DNA of 64,000 nucleotides from Albugo candida (Eukaryota): assembly GCA_040437565.1 (NCBI GenBank), contig JBDOQK010000064.1, positions 1 through 64,000 on the forward strand, read 5' to 3'. The stretch's first letter is position 1, and every line of letters starts with the position of its first letter. Of the stretch, positions 23,900-36,810 are shown in pieces. A program made the position numbers and the translations under genes. The notes under the pieces were generated by a model, which made no database searches, was not told the DNA's origin, and saw only the letters and a list, made by a program, of their open reading frames with translations.

Positions 23900-25770
23900 A
23901 AATATCAACCTACTCAATGAATCTATGGACGTGCCAAGAGCGCTGGCAACTACACCAGATATTAACTGTACAGGAGTTGGACCAAGATCTTCAGAGCGTT
24001 ACATTTGATGATTACCACCGAACAACAGTAACAAACGGTGTCGAAATATAAGTACCACGGCGAACAACATTACTAAGCCACAAAGGAATCGACGTGGAAA
24101 AACTGTCCGTGGTCGACTACTACTTGCGCAGACGATTATTTATCACGGCTGTGGCGTTACGCGATGCACGTGGACATACCAGCACAGAGTATTCGACAGT
24201 GGCAATCAATGTTAATTCGATTTGTGCTCGGTCGGAAACACAAAAAAAATCAAAACATGTTTACCTGATCAGCAAAGAATTTTTATATCTTCGCCGACAA
24301 GATGGTGGACTACAAGCTCCTTTTTTGGTAGGACGATTAGAGCTAAAACGTATTTAATTCCTTCAGCAGTTCGCATCTGATGCGTCAACAATTATTCCTG
24401 CGAATTGGACACTGCTTCGACGGAATTATTACAACTTATCCAGCCTCCCTTTGGACCACACAGGCCGATGAATATATTCACTATCGCACCACATCGACAT
24501 GGAAAAATGGTTTAATGGGAGAGCACATCTTCTTGGTTGAAATATGCATTTGAATTGTGGCATCAGATAGATTGGGTCATTGCAATTTCAGCTTTTTCCT
24601 GCTCACCAAAGCCGTCAGCACTACATGGAACAATCGTTGTGGTTCCACTGCGACCAAATTTACACAATGAAGCTGCTATTAGTAATCCGAGAAAGCAAAC
24701 GATTGGTACAATCTTGGCATGGTGGAGGAGCCACATCGCACATTTCAAAAATCGAAAGCTACAGCTTTTGAGATCGAAAGTCTAAAGACTTTTTCGAGAT
24801 GCGACACATGGCCAACAAAGCAAACTTTTGTCGACATGTATTACAATGACAAAGATCTGAATCCATCGTATATGCCTGAAGAAAAGTCAGTGAGTTGACT
24901 TGAAAATGAAGTCGCTCAGATAGCACAGCGCATCCACTCGGATCCTACCAAACACAAATCGCAAATCAGTTTATTCGGGACTACACAGAAAGAAGAGGAA
25001 ACATTATCTCTCCTCTATTTCGCGCCTTCAACTCTCACGAATCGTCTGGAAACCTCCCGAACCAACTAAGAGTCATCACATATCAGCACACGGGATAAAT
25101 CGGACGCAATAGATACAGAACGAATTCGAATATTTATTGCTACATCCCGGCATTTTCGGAAACGTGTATTACCGATGTTTGAAGTGCTACAGTTTTGTCT
25201 AGCCTTCCGGATGTTGCCAGTTAGATCTCGTTTCTAATTTCTAAAGGACGATCAGGTCGACATTTCGTATGAAGCAGTGGAATCCGATCGACATCTCTTT
25301 CGCGATGGCGATCACACGGCACATCATGGACGGATCTACTCCCTATTTGGGATTAGCTCTTATCATCCCCTCCCCGTTGGGCATATTACATGTGTAATTG
25401 TACCAGCATTACGGTCTAACGGATAGAATATGAGCAGATTATATCAGCTTCATGGCTTTCATTGCAAGCGGTGACACTGCACTTCGTCTGGACCGATCGG
25501 AATCGTCGTTTGTTCGATCAACGATCAGCAACCCCGACAATTACAGAAATTTCCGTGATCTACACCACCTTTAGTGCGCATGTTCGGCACTTTTGTCGGC
25601 AGTAAAAAGTGCTGGATCAAATCGTAGCGCAAGGATCATTTAGTGGGTTTTCAGGATTCGACGATAATTGCTGCGGGTCCGGAACGCCAAGTAGAAACGC
25701 AAGTGCAACTGCGATCCTAGTTGTGAATTCGAGGCTACCCAGGACTATCAATTAGATGAAATATCATCAT
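23900..25770 (+). mobile_element. Degenerate non-LTR retrotransposon (L1/Tx1-like) ORF2 3' region
   Basis: Remnants ISKEFLYLRRQDGGLQAP, LAFRMLPVRSRF, VESDRHLFRD and AVTLHFVWTDRNRRLFD are typical of the region after the RT (zf-RVT). Many stops. Confidence 0.75.
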
Positions 25771-27760
25771 CTCTCGTAGCTATTTATATGAAACCTTTTT
25801 ATATTTGTATTTGTTATTTATGATACTCTAGGCATCTAGAGAAGTCGGTCAATCCAATATAGTAATATAGACACCTTCAGCTGAGCTGGGGCGGACCCCT
25901 ATACTGCTGATAGTATATATTTGGAACGCGAACGTCTTAGGAGTATCCCTTTTTGGCCAACCTTATAATAATCATGAGCATGATAAATGATGCGGTTGAT
26001 AAAATGAATAGCCATAGCTTAATTTGTTATAGGGTTTTCCGGTCTGTTATTTTCCGGTCAAAAATACACAAACGGGATCACTATTGTAATAGTATAAAAA
26101 GAGTGAATCTCAAATGAGCTATTTAGAAAGCATGGGACGCGTAATTAGCGTGCGAAATCTTTCATACCAAACACACACGTCTTCTCGTTTCCAACGAATC
26201 TGACCATATTGGTTGCATACCAGAGCTATCTTTCACTGAAAAAATACGACTCGCATGGATGCTTCTCTTCTGTGACTAGTCTACATGACCACGCAGCATC
26301 TTTAACCGACTTATGTCTACAAACAGTAGCTATTAGTGTGATTGTACAACGCTTGTATTGTATTACAAGTGTAATGTACAGCACGCATACCGCTACATTT
26401 TTTGACGCCATCTGAACCTTCGTAATTAACCACGTGCCTTATGTCAATAAAAGCTTACATCCTGAAGTTCTCCAACCAAAAGTCGCTTGTGAAAGTTCAG
26501 TTACTCGCGCAACAAGAAGAAGAAATTTTCTCAGCATTTATTACACTTGAGCTTAACCTCTGGAATGCAAGAGTTCGTTTCTACGCCGGATAGAGGTATA
26601 AATCATAGCACAACATACATTTAATGCGTCTTCGTTAGCGTGATTAATCGTCTTTATATCCTCTAGGGCAAGATTTAATTACAATAAGTTGCTGAAGGTG
26701 TTGGCTGGGTTGTGTTATACAGGATTGGCCAGGCTTCATCCTCCTTATTGCCTTTTACATGAAAAAATAGTCTTTAAAAAAAAGTGCAACGTGGTGACTA
26801 ATCTGCGTAGTGAAGATTTGGTCAAATCCCTTTGGTCCATCACCAATCAGCGGTTGCTGTTCAGGAATATCCACAAATAACACCCTTTTGTGGCAAAGGT
26901 ATGTATGCTCAAAATTTACGAAAATCACCTTCGTTGCGTTCATACGTCAAATGTCAGTACTGAAATATCACAAGGATCTACACGCTGATATCTTAATAAC
27001 CGTCTGGTGCATCACGCGATTGAATGCAAAAAATTACTTGCAAGGTGTTAAAGATAAATGACACTGTCAGAAATAGTTGCCCAAAGAATGCTTGACGTGA
27101 GCCACATTGGGCTTCCTAAACACAAGGTTTCGGCGTACGAAATTCCATGGAGCGATTTTTTCGGACAGAAATACGGATTTTTAGATTCTTGGAACAGCGC
27201 ATGGTGTGCAGTACGACATCAACATCGCCTCTACCAGTGACATCATTTGCGAAGCAAAGTAAAAAGCTGTTCTGGCAGGGTTACATCACAAATAGTCGCT
27301 ATACCCGGTCATGAAAGCCTTTACGATGCTCATTGAACGGAAAAAAAATATTATGTCATTTTGTGTACAGTACGTTTCGAACTTATCAAGAATAGATCAG
27401 GTCAACACTGAGGGAATAATATTTTAAAATCGAGTATTCTCGTGTAAAGTCAAGCATATTAACACACCGTCGTTAAAGCATTCCAGATCAGTGCAATGGG
27501 CTGGTCAAGTTGATTGGGAATGTGGAATTAACGCATATAATCAGGCCATAAATTGCATGTACAAGAACTCCTACTGATAAAATAAATATTAAAATACAGC
27601 AAAGATAATCTCCATATACTAAAAGCACATTAACTTGGCTTTCTTACAAAGTAGCCCGACGTTTTGTATCTTTATTTTGGACGAAGAAGTAGGAGGTTGA
27701 AGTTTGGCAAATTTTCGTGATTTTGTATGGAGAGATGGAAATTTGGCCGCATTTAATTAT

Positions 27761-30369
27761 GCCGCCGCTATGGCCACAGGCAATTGATTTAACCAATCAC
27801 AGCTCACAAAATTTAATTGTTGCTAAGTATGCCAGCCAATCAGGTCACTTGTCTGTCTACTTTTGTACATGAGCTCATTCACGAATCGGGCTAGATATCC
27901 GCAGTACCTCAGCAGACATGGACATGGAGCAGCAGCAGAACGAACAATTTACCGCGCGGAAGACCATGGAAGAACATATAAAGGCAGTAGCTGCTGCAAA
28001 TGGCTATGGAATCGTCACCACGTCCTCATACAAGCAATGAGGTAGACGACAAGTTGTTCACTACAAATGAGATCGTTGAGGCGTAGATCGAAACCGTCAC
28101 GGACTTGTCCAAGAAACAAGGGTGGCGAAAGGCAGTGCACTCATTGACTGTCCTTCAAAGGTGATGGACAGAAATCGAAAGGTAGAGCCACGCATCATGG
28201 TTGAGTGAGTTCACCGAAGAATTCAACGTTCACATTAATAATCTCCTCCCAATTAAAGACGGCAACTGGTCCTTTACAATTACATGCGACGAGCATAAGC
28301 ACGAACTTTCCACCGCCAGGAACGGTCATCCAGTTCACACTCGCATCTCGGTGTCTCAAGAGGAAGAAATTGCTGGACTCTTTAATGCCAGCAATTGGAG
28401 CTCACTAAGCTAAAGCTCTGGAATTTGAAGCAAAAGAATGCAATCAGAAAACTCGATAGACGAACTCCAATGGATATGCTGTTCGAACCTTCACGTACTT
28501 TGGGCTCGAAATAAATATCGAGAAAGGTTCCGATGGGCGCATCACACATTTTGTTCGTCGCTCATTCGAAGAATGTGGAACTCTGAAGGAAGAACTGCGA
28601 CTTCTTGTTGCTAGATTTCACCTATAAAACAAGCAAGATGAGATTTCCTTTGCTCCATGTTGTTGGAAATATCATGCTATATTCCACGTTATCGGCGGCC
28701 TTCATTTTCATGAAGAACGATGATGCTGACTCGTATGTTACCACCATCAACTTCTTACAACGACTTATCCACGCCGACCATCAACCGAAAGTATTCGTTA
28801 TATTGACAGAGAGCTTGCTCTCATGAACGCTTTGGGATAATTTTTCTTTTGGCAACTATCCTGCTTTGCATTTGGCATATTAAGAAGAACGTCGTCGCCA
28901 AATGCAAGCTTCATTTTACTGAAAAGGATGATGAGTGGAAGCATTTTCGAAGGATTGGAGAGCGGTGACTTGCCACTTGTTGTTTGTGATTAGTATTTAC
29001 ATTTACATTTACAATCTAAGTTATTCCTTGTTGTGAAGGTAGTTTACTCAATCACGACCGCGGAGTTCAATGAACATTGGAAAGTTTCCAACTCATATAA
29101 ACAGAACGCTACACGGAATCTGTGGAGTATCTAACCAATACGTGGATCGATCCAACAAGGAGAAATTTGTTCGAGCATGGACGAATTAGATTCGGCACTT
29201 CGGTCACACAGTCACTTCACGCAGAGAAGGTGACCACAATGTCGTGAAAGAGTTCATCGCAAGCAGCATGGAAAATCTTTTTGGGTGCTGCGAGCGGATA
29301 CTTCAGTCCATGAAAACTTCCATATCGAATTTCACCACAAAACTGGCGAAGCAGCAAATAAAAATTATCGCTTTCGCGCAGCCGACCTCACGTGGTGACA
29401 TTTTTCAACATATCAACCGGAAGGTCTCATAATATTCCTTCCTACGTGTTTTTGCCAATCCCTAAAGTTGCGCAATGACATCTGGAAAGAGCTCGACGTC
29501 CGATGGCAACCGGCGCGAAGCCATGCTCTTCTACTTTTGCTACTATCTGAGAGATATCTTGCGAGCATCAGTTGCGGAAGAATATCGCAAGCTGGAGGAG
29601 GCTTGAATTGAGCGATTTCGATGTTAATTGGCACCTTCATCAACTCCCTTCAGTACGACCTCTAGTTGCAGGCCACCCAGATGATGCTTTGCCAGTCCTT
29701 TACGAAATATCACGCGACAATTTCAGCAACCTACCTCGACACCAGAAAGAGGCAGTATTGGAAGATCTGGAAAAGATATCACAGGTATTTCTGGGTGATT
29801 GGTTATTTTCCGTTTGATATTCTAATGGTTACTAACGCTATTCAAATAAGCAAACACCACAAGTCCTCGAAGAGCCGGAGGTTGCTCAAACGAGAGGAAG
29901 ACCAAGCGGAACGAGCAACAAAACCTCGACGCGATGAGACCCTTCTCAATTTGAATACGTGGAGCGGATGCCTCCCAGGAAGAGGAAGGTGCCGACGTGC
30001 GGTGCTTGTCATCAAACGTGACACCGACGTTCATCCGCAGCGTGCCCCGTCAATGCACAGAGCCGAATTCAATATCTTGCAAAAGTTGAACGTCATCCCA
30101 TCGAAGATTCTCAACAGCAAAAGACACCTTTCCAACAATCTACTCCTTAGATTATCTACTATTAACCTACCATATATAGGTATCAGAAAAAAAACGTACC
30201 GACGCTAGAGCGATATAAACAAAAACAGCGTAAGAAACATTATGAGCTGGTGAATAAAAGTAGAAAAATGACCTGATTGACTTAGGAACAATTACATTTT
30301 GTGAGCTGTGATTGGTTAGATCAACTTTCTGTGGCCGTAGTATTAATGTCTGTGGCCATAGCGGCACCC
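27761..30369 (+). mobile_element. Full-length degenerate Mutator-like element (MULE/FAR1-type transposase)
   Basis: TIRs at 27761-27855 and ~30265-30369. 9-bp TSD tttaattat / ttaaattat. Remnants LLLDFTYKTSKMRFPLL, LLCIWHIKKNV, HFGHTVTSRREG and a C-terminal CGACH knuckle. Confidence 0.92.
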
Positions 30370-30491
30370 TTAAATTATTTCCTATTAATACATACATATA
30401 CTGTAGCCAACGAGAGAGCACCGGGTTGTGAATATTAGCCAACAACATTTGAGGTCTGTAATAGCCATCCAATATCATGCTGCAAGACACT

Positions 30492-33232
30492 TTATATGTC
30501 CATCAGGATGGAGTTCGGCACACGTCGGTGCGAACGGTAATTCTTGACCGCACATTCCGCGGATTTACCGCTTAATTCTTTGCGATAGATGTCCATGTAT
30601 CGTTGTGCCTTCCGGCAGTGATGGCGAATCTCATCCATAGTTACCGTTCTTAATACCTTTGGCACCATCTCTTTCAATCCAACCCAGGAATAATTGCAAT
30701 TTTTGCGAGCCTATCGTTTGGCAGCATCCCAAACTTTCTCAATAAAATTAAGCTCCAATGAAACTTTCGGTATATTAAAATCAAGTGGCCAGAACTCTCA
30801 ATCACTTCCTACAATATGCACTTCTATTGCAGGACACCGGGCTGGTTGGCGCTAATTTTACTTGCGCAGCAGTTTTGTGACATCAGAGGACACTTTTCAC
30901 GGCAGTCAAGCGTTAGTCCTGCACGCCAAAGACTACTTTTCTCAAGAAAAGTTTTGATGCCCTTTGCTTTCCACGAAGGTTTTCTTCTGCATAATCCTCT
31001 GGCAAAGTCATCTCGTGATGAACTCCATCGCCTTAGGTTGTCTCCCGCATGAAGGAATATTTTCCACCTGGTCTAAGGTTCATTCCATTTGCACAGATAG
31101 CGTTGTCGGAAAAGAAAGCATAGCTTGTGGCGTTGTCGAAGAGAAAAAGTGCTCTCATTCCTGAAAATTGAGCCTCAAATATAGGTATGGCTCGATCGCG
31201 GACTTGTTGATAAGGGTACTTTGATTCCCACCAGCCATCTCTCTTTACACCAGGGTGCATAATCACACATGGTGGCGCAGGAACCCGCGCTCATTTTCTT
31301 CATCCAAAGCCAGACGTCCTGAAATCAGGCACAAGAATTCGCTTACATGGATACTTTTTTCTTGACCTTCCTTAATCAATGGCTGTTCACCATCCGGCAG
31401 CCAAAGGCGTTCCAAACCATCATTGGCGGAGAACGCGCTTTCGTCACGGGTAACCAAAAGAAGTGGTCGAACGTTGGCTGATGGCCAAATTATTTCGCCT
31501 TCGCGATCTTCCGCTTCCGGTGGGATAATAGGTATCCAAGGTGTTAGCTCCTCCATTTCTTCGAGAAATTCATCTCTGTATGTAAGGACGTCTTCACTTT
31601 TATGCCCATCAACATAGATACCTTTTTGAACCTCACGGTAATTGATATTCAAGGCATTCAGCCAGCGCATCATTGCTCTCTCAGATATTTTTGTCGAATG
31701 ATCATAGCCCCATCCCACAGAAATCTTAGTATTCGTATGTTCAGTCAAAGCAGCGAGTTCCACCTCGGGCTTGTTTTCATATAGGTACGGTTGCAAAGGC
31801 AGAATACAATCTACATCATGAATAAAACGTTTTCGTTTGGCATGCTTTGCTTTCCTCAATTCAGAAGGAGATCCATTCTTCAGGAAGGCGTAGGCCCAAG
31901 TACGAATAAATTTAGCGTAATCTACCCCCTTTCCAGCTGCATCTGCGATGCGGCCATCCCTTTCCTTCCGCATTTTATCAAGCGAAAAGTACGCATGTAA
32001 GCTGGCACAGAAGGGTATTCCCTTCTGTGCCAGCTTGGAAGCTTTTCAATTATCATGGTGAGAGCCACGTCTGACCACAAACCACNNNNNNNNNNNNNNN
32101 NNNNNNNNNNNNNNNNNNNNNNNNNNNNNNNNNNNNNNNNNNNNNNNNNNNNNNNNNNNNNNNNNNNNNNNNNNNNNNNNNNNNNTCGCGATCTTCCGCT
32201 TCCGGTGGGATAATAGGTATCCAAGGTGTTAGCTCCTCCATTTCTTCGAGAAATTCATCTCTGTATGTAAGGACGTCTTCACTTTTATGCCCATCAACAT
32301 AGATACCTTTTTGAACCTCACGGTAATTGATATTCAAGGCATTCAGCCAGCGCATCATTGCTCTCTCAGATATTTTTGTCGAATGATCATAGCCCCATCC
32401 CACAGAAATCTTAGTATTCGTATGTTCAGTCAAAGCAGCGAGTTCCACCTCGGGCTTGTTTTCATATAGGTACGGTTGCAAAGGCAGAATACAATCTACA
32501 TCATGAATAAAACGTTTTCGTTTGGCATGCTTTGCTTTCCTCAATTCAGAAGGAGATCCATTCTTCAGGAAGGCGTAGGCCCAAGTACGAATAAATTTAG
32601 CGTAATCTACCCCCTTTCCAGCTGCATCTGCGATGCGGCCATCCCTTTCCTTCCGCATTTTATCAAGCGAAAAGTACGCATGTAAGCTGGCACAGAAGGG
32701 TATTCCCTTCTGTGCCAGCTTGGAAGCTTTTCAATTATCATGGTGAGAGCCACGTCTGACCACAAACCACTATGTACATCGCCATTCTCATTGCTGTGAG
32801 CTTCATCATCCGCTTCGCTTTCCACATCAATCTTATCCTGTCCAAAAACTTCCACAACCGTTGCCTTCGGCTGCCAATACGATGTTAATGGTTTTGAGCT
32901 TGCTGCAGTATTTTCAGCATCGCGTTTTTGCGTCTGCGTGTACGAAATGAGTTCCCAACATAGCACATGGGGTGATTGCTGCTGTCCAGAACTAGAAGAA
33001 CAGCTCTCTCTTTGTTGCTAAAGACTATGTCAGCATCTTCGACGCCATTTTCTATTTCGTTTCCACTGTCAAATTCACTGTCTGTATGAGAAGGATCATT
33101 GCTGTTCAGGCAAAAATTTTCGCCATTTCGTTCATGAACATCCTCATCTGCTCCAAGTTTATCGCTCTTATTTTCCGTAGCTGCCTTTGACGCTGCACGT
33201 AGGTGCTTCCTTTGCTTTTCAAGACGTGGCAC
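30492..33232 (-). mobile_element. Degenerate IS630/Tc1-mariner-like DDE transposase
   Basis: KGIYVDGH...RDESAFSANDG...KSIHVSEF, FLFDNATS, PKVSLELNFIEKVWDAAK, RKAQRYMDIYR. Frameshifted. 32186-32770 duplicates 31501-32085 across a gap. Confidence 0.8.
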
Positions 33233-33397
33233 GGTTGATTTAGGGCCAGCGTCGGACTTTAGTGGTGAATTTTATCGTGAAATTTTGGTCCAAATAAGAA
33301 CTCCCCAAAGAAAAAAAAATCTATAAATAGATGTATTATGATTTATTTTATTTGGACGCAGAAAAAAGAGGGTATAATCATAAGTGTCTTGCACTAT

Positions 33398-35484
33398 ACA
33401 CCAAAACGAATATTACACGGGCGAGATTGTGAAAATATGAAAAATACACCAAAAGGTCTAAAGTTAATGTGAAATTATGAAAAATATATTGTTTTATCAC
33501 TAGGAAATAATTAGTCCCTACAGGTGCGCTTGTTGTGGCCGTAGTTACCGCATGTAGTGCACTTGTTGCAGCTTAGTCTTAAAAGCTTCTGTGGCAACCT
33601 GGGACTCGATTCGCTTCGCCTTCTTTGTCCGACCACGCTTCTTTGACACCGTGAGAGGTTGGTTCTTTTCTAAACGCGTTCAGTTCATCCAATCGTCACG
33701 CATGGACTCATCTTTACCATGGGATCGTAAGCACGCTGGTACAACTACTTGGTACACGACGCATCGCAGAAAGTCTTGAGTAGCGAGAGCTTGCTGACGG
33801 ATCGCAGGGCCGCATAGAGATGAGAGCATGGCTCTTTCATGTCGCCAAAGTAGCCACAAGAACACGGATTTTCAGGATTATCTAGATCGACAGAGCACTC
33901 GACAGAAAGCTCTCCATCCTTTCTAACCTTGACCACGAAGGATGACAGGCAACTCGGGATGATTTCGATCTTGTTAACGACAGATACAAAGCGCTTGCGC
34001 GAGAATTCCTTGGTTGCGCAAGCTGTGAGCTTCCCCCACGAAGCCGACTTGGCGACGAATTCAAACCACTTCATTCCTATGTACTTTCCACCCCCATGAG
34101 ACACTCCAAAAGTGGCTTCTCTCTCCTGCTTCAAGCAGGGCGTTATCAACAGACTCCACGTCGTTGCTAGTCATGGTCCCAAAGCGCGGACGTTTACTAT
34201 ACGCGGCAGCCCATTTGATCTTGCCTTCATCGAGTAGCCATTGCAGCACCTTTGAATTGTTTTCCTTCAACTCACTGTCTCGCCGTTCGAACGACGCAAC
34301 CGTCAAGGACTTGGACAGATTCCATGCCTGGTCCTTTAATGTCACATTGCGAAACTTGGCGTTGAAATTCTCGAGCATGTGACGAGCACAAAAAAAGTGA
34401 GGGATGTCACCTGCTTCAACTTGCATAACCTAAATGAGACCCTTGTCACGGTTGGAGATGACGAATTCTGGCGCTTCTACAGAGTGTAGAAGAAAGTTCA
34501 GGAACCATGACCAATTGTCTTTTGTCTCGCCTGACACCCAAGTGACCGCGACAATTTGGATTTCATGGTTGCTGTTTTTACAGCAAGCGACAAGAAATAC
34601 TTCACCATATTTGTGCTTCATAAATGTGCCATCCAGATTGATACCGCGATCTGCAAACTCGCGAAGAACATGAATGCCGGGCTTGTATACGATGACAGCC
34701 CTAAAACATTTGTCCTCACGGAACGCGACATGGAACGCGATATCTGCCTTGTGTTCGCGCTTGTTCATTTTGTGTACGCATGACAAGATGAACTGGTACT
34801 GCGTGCGATCTTCATCGAAGAGTTGCGCTTTGAGTCGAATGCAGCTGTCGACACAAGTCTGGTACGTCAATCGACGACCATCTGCCGTTAGCTTCTTTTG
34901 CATCTCAGCTGGACTGGCGTCACGACCCTTATCAACGACGAACCGGAGGGCCGAATCAAGCACAACGACGTATGAAGAATTGTTTCCACGACTCGCTTTG
35001 TATGAAGCCAAGTCAACTCTCGTAGCGTCACATGTGTGCGGTACGAACGTACGAGGCGGCTCAATCCCTCACCATACGCAAAATCGACTGCGAAGCTGTA
35101 ATTTGAATCGACAAACAACACCTTGTATCGTCTGTAGTCGCTCGATATGACACGAAACGCTCGTCCAAAATTCTCGTTATATGCAATAATCGAACTTGAT
35201 ATGTCGTCACGACTGGTGTAGTCGCGTGAGTAAAAATCTTCACGCCCGTCCGACCAGTCCCCTGGCGAACAGACTTTACTTAACTCTTATGTCTTACCAA
35301 CGAAGCCGTCGTTGCGGGTAGTCGTCATAGTTGCCAGATAGATATTCTAACGAAATGGCACTCAAGAATGTGTAAACTCCAGACATTTTGGTATATCTTT
35401 CATCATTTCACATAAACTTTAGACTTTTTGAAGTATTTTTCATATTTTTTAACAATTTCGCCCGTATAACATTCCTTTTGGTAT
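33398..35484 (-). mobile_element. Second MULE family element (MuDR-type transposase with SWIM finger and Zn knuckle), degenerate
   Basis: ~95-bp TIRs at 33398-33490 and 35391-35484. INLDGTFMKHKY, ETKDNWSWFL, ISNRDKGL, FCARHMLENF, CSCGYF...PCSH, CTTCGNYGHNKRTC. Confidence 0.92.
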
Positions 35485-35659
35485 TGTCGATTTCAAGGAA
35501 ATCCAGTTTTTATGCGATTTTTTTGGCAATTGTCATCCCTTCTACCCGCCCCACTCACCTCCTTCTTTTCTACGGGAACGTTACACATCGAGACACATCT
35601 CGGCGGCTCTGCCATAGATTAAGAGAACGCGCTTATTCACTATGCTTCTTTCCACCATT

Positions 35660-36810
35660 GAAGTCATCACGCTTCAGAAAACACGAGCATGCCTACTACT
35701 TCCTCGGATTTACAAAGACGAGGGTTGCTATCGTCTACCGAAAACCCCTGTCTACCTTCAGCTCCTGTATTGAGGCATACGAGAAGACTGGCTCTGTTGC
35801 ACGTCAAGTCACAGAAGTTTCAAACCAAAAGTATAACGTGGAGAAGCGCGAATGGTTGCGTTGTTATATAAAATAGGAAACCCACTTTGACACCTGGACG
35901 AGACCAAGCACTCTTTCGAAGTAAAGTGGAACACGGACATCAGCTGCTCGACGATTTGGCGAATCCTTCGAGATTTCAACTTCACATATAAAGTCAGTCT
36001 CTAATGGTTTAGGGTTTAGGGTATACAACGCTAGTACTGCATGATAGGTTCTGAAACGCCGCGCAATCAATATCAAACAATCGGATATTATGCGCTTCGA
36101 ATGTGAGATCAGTTCTGTTGATTGAAGGCATTTTACTTTGACGTTTTTGGATGTGGTATCATTTGATTGTCGCGGGATGTTAAGAAAGCGAGGATAGGCC
36201 TTGAAGGTAAGCATAGCGGATATGTCATCTCGTGATATTTTGTTTCAATATTTGACGCTTTGATTACCATGTAGGGGCAAAATCTTCTATACCGAGGCAA
36301 ATTCACCAGAGTGCCAAGGACATTCTTGCTCTGCTTCATCGGGTGTAAGGGTCTTTTGGATACCTACATGACTGAGGGAACATTTGATCAAAGCAAGTTC
36401 ATGGACTGCTGCCGTAACTGTGCCACTAATTCAGGCAAGGTACAAAAAGCACCCAGGAATGCACTCTGTGTGGGTTGCTGACGGCGCGCGGATTCATTGC
36501 CACCCAAGTTTCACTAGTTACCTGCGGTCGCTTGGGATTATACCCATATTTTGCCTTCGTATTGTCCTTTTTACAATCCCATTGAGGTGATGTTTGGATT
36601 GATTAAGAAAAGCAGGCAGCGCAATTACACAGAAAGATCAGTTAAGGCAATAGATATGTCGACGGCAATCTCCTCATTGCTTGAACCATATAGAAATACA
36701 AAATGCACAATCTCTTCCGTAAATGTGGATATTCGCTTTCAGGACGATTTAACCCTGGTGTAGGATACAATAATTTAGTTTATCTTTCTAAACTTGGTTT
36801 TGAATAACAA
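35660..36810 (+). mobile_element. Degenerate IS630/Tc1-like transposase
   Basis: RKHEHAYYFLG...YEKTG N-terminus; WVADGARIH and LPSYCPFYNPIEVMFGLIKK (DDE_3-type motifs). Frameshifts. Confidence 0.85.

Noticed and set aside
31501-32770. Duplicated transposase ORF
   Set aside because: Exact repeat on either side of a gap.
30371-33513. aattatttccta / taggaaataatt as TIRs of the DDE element
   Set aside because: Short AT-rich match, and the right copy lies inside the TIR-bounded MULE at 33398-35484.
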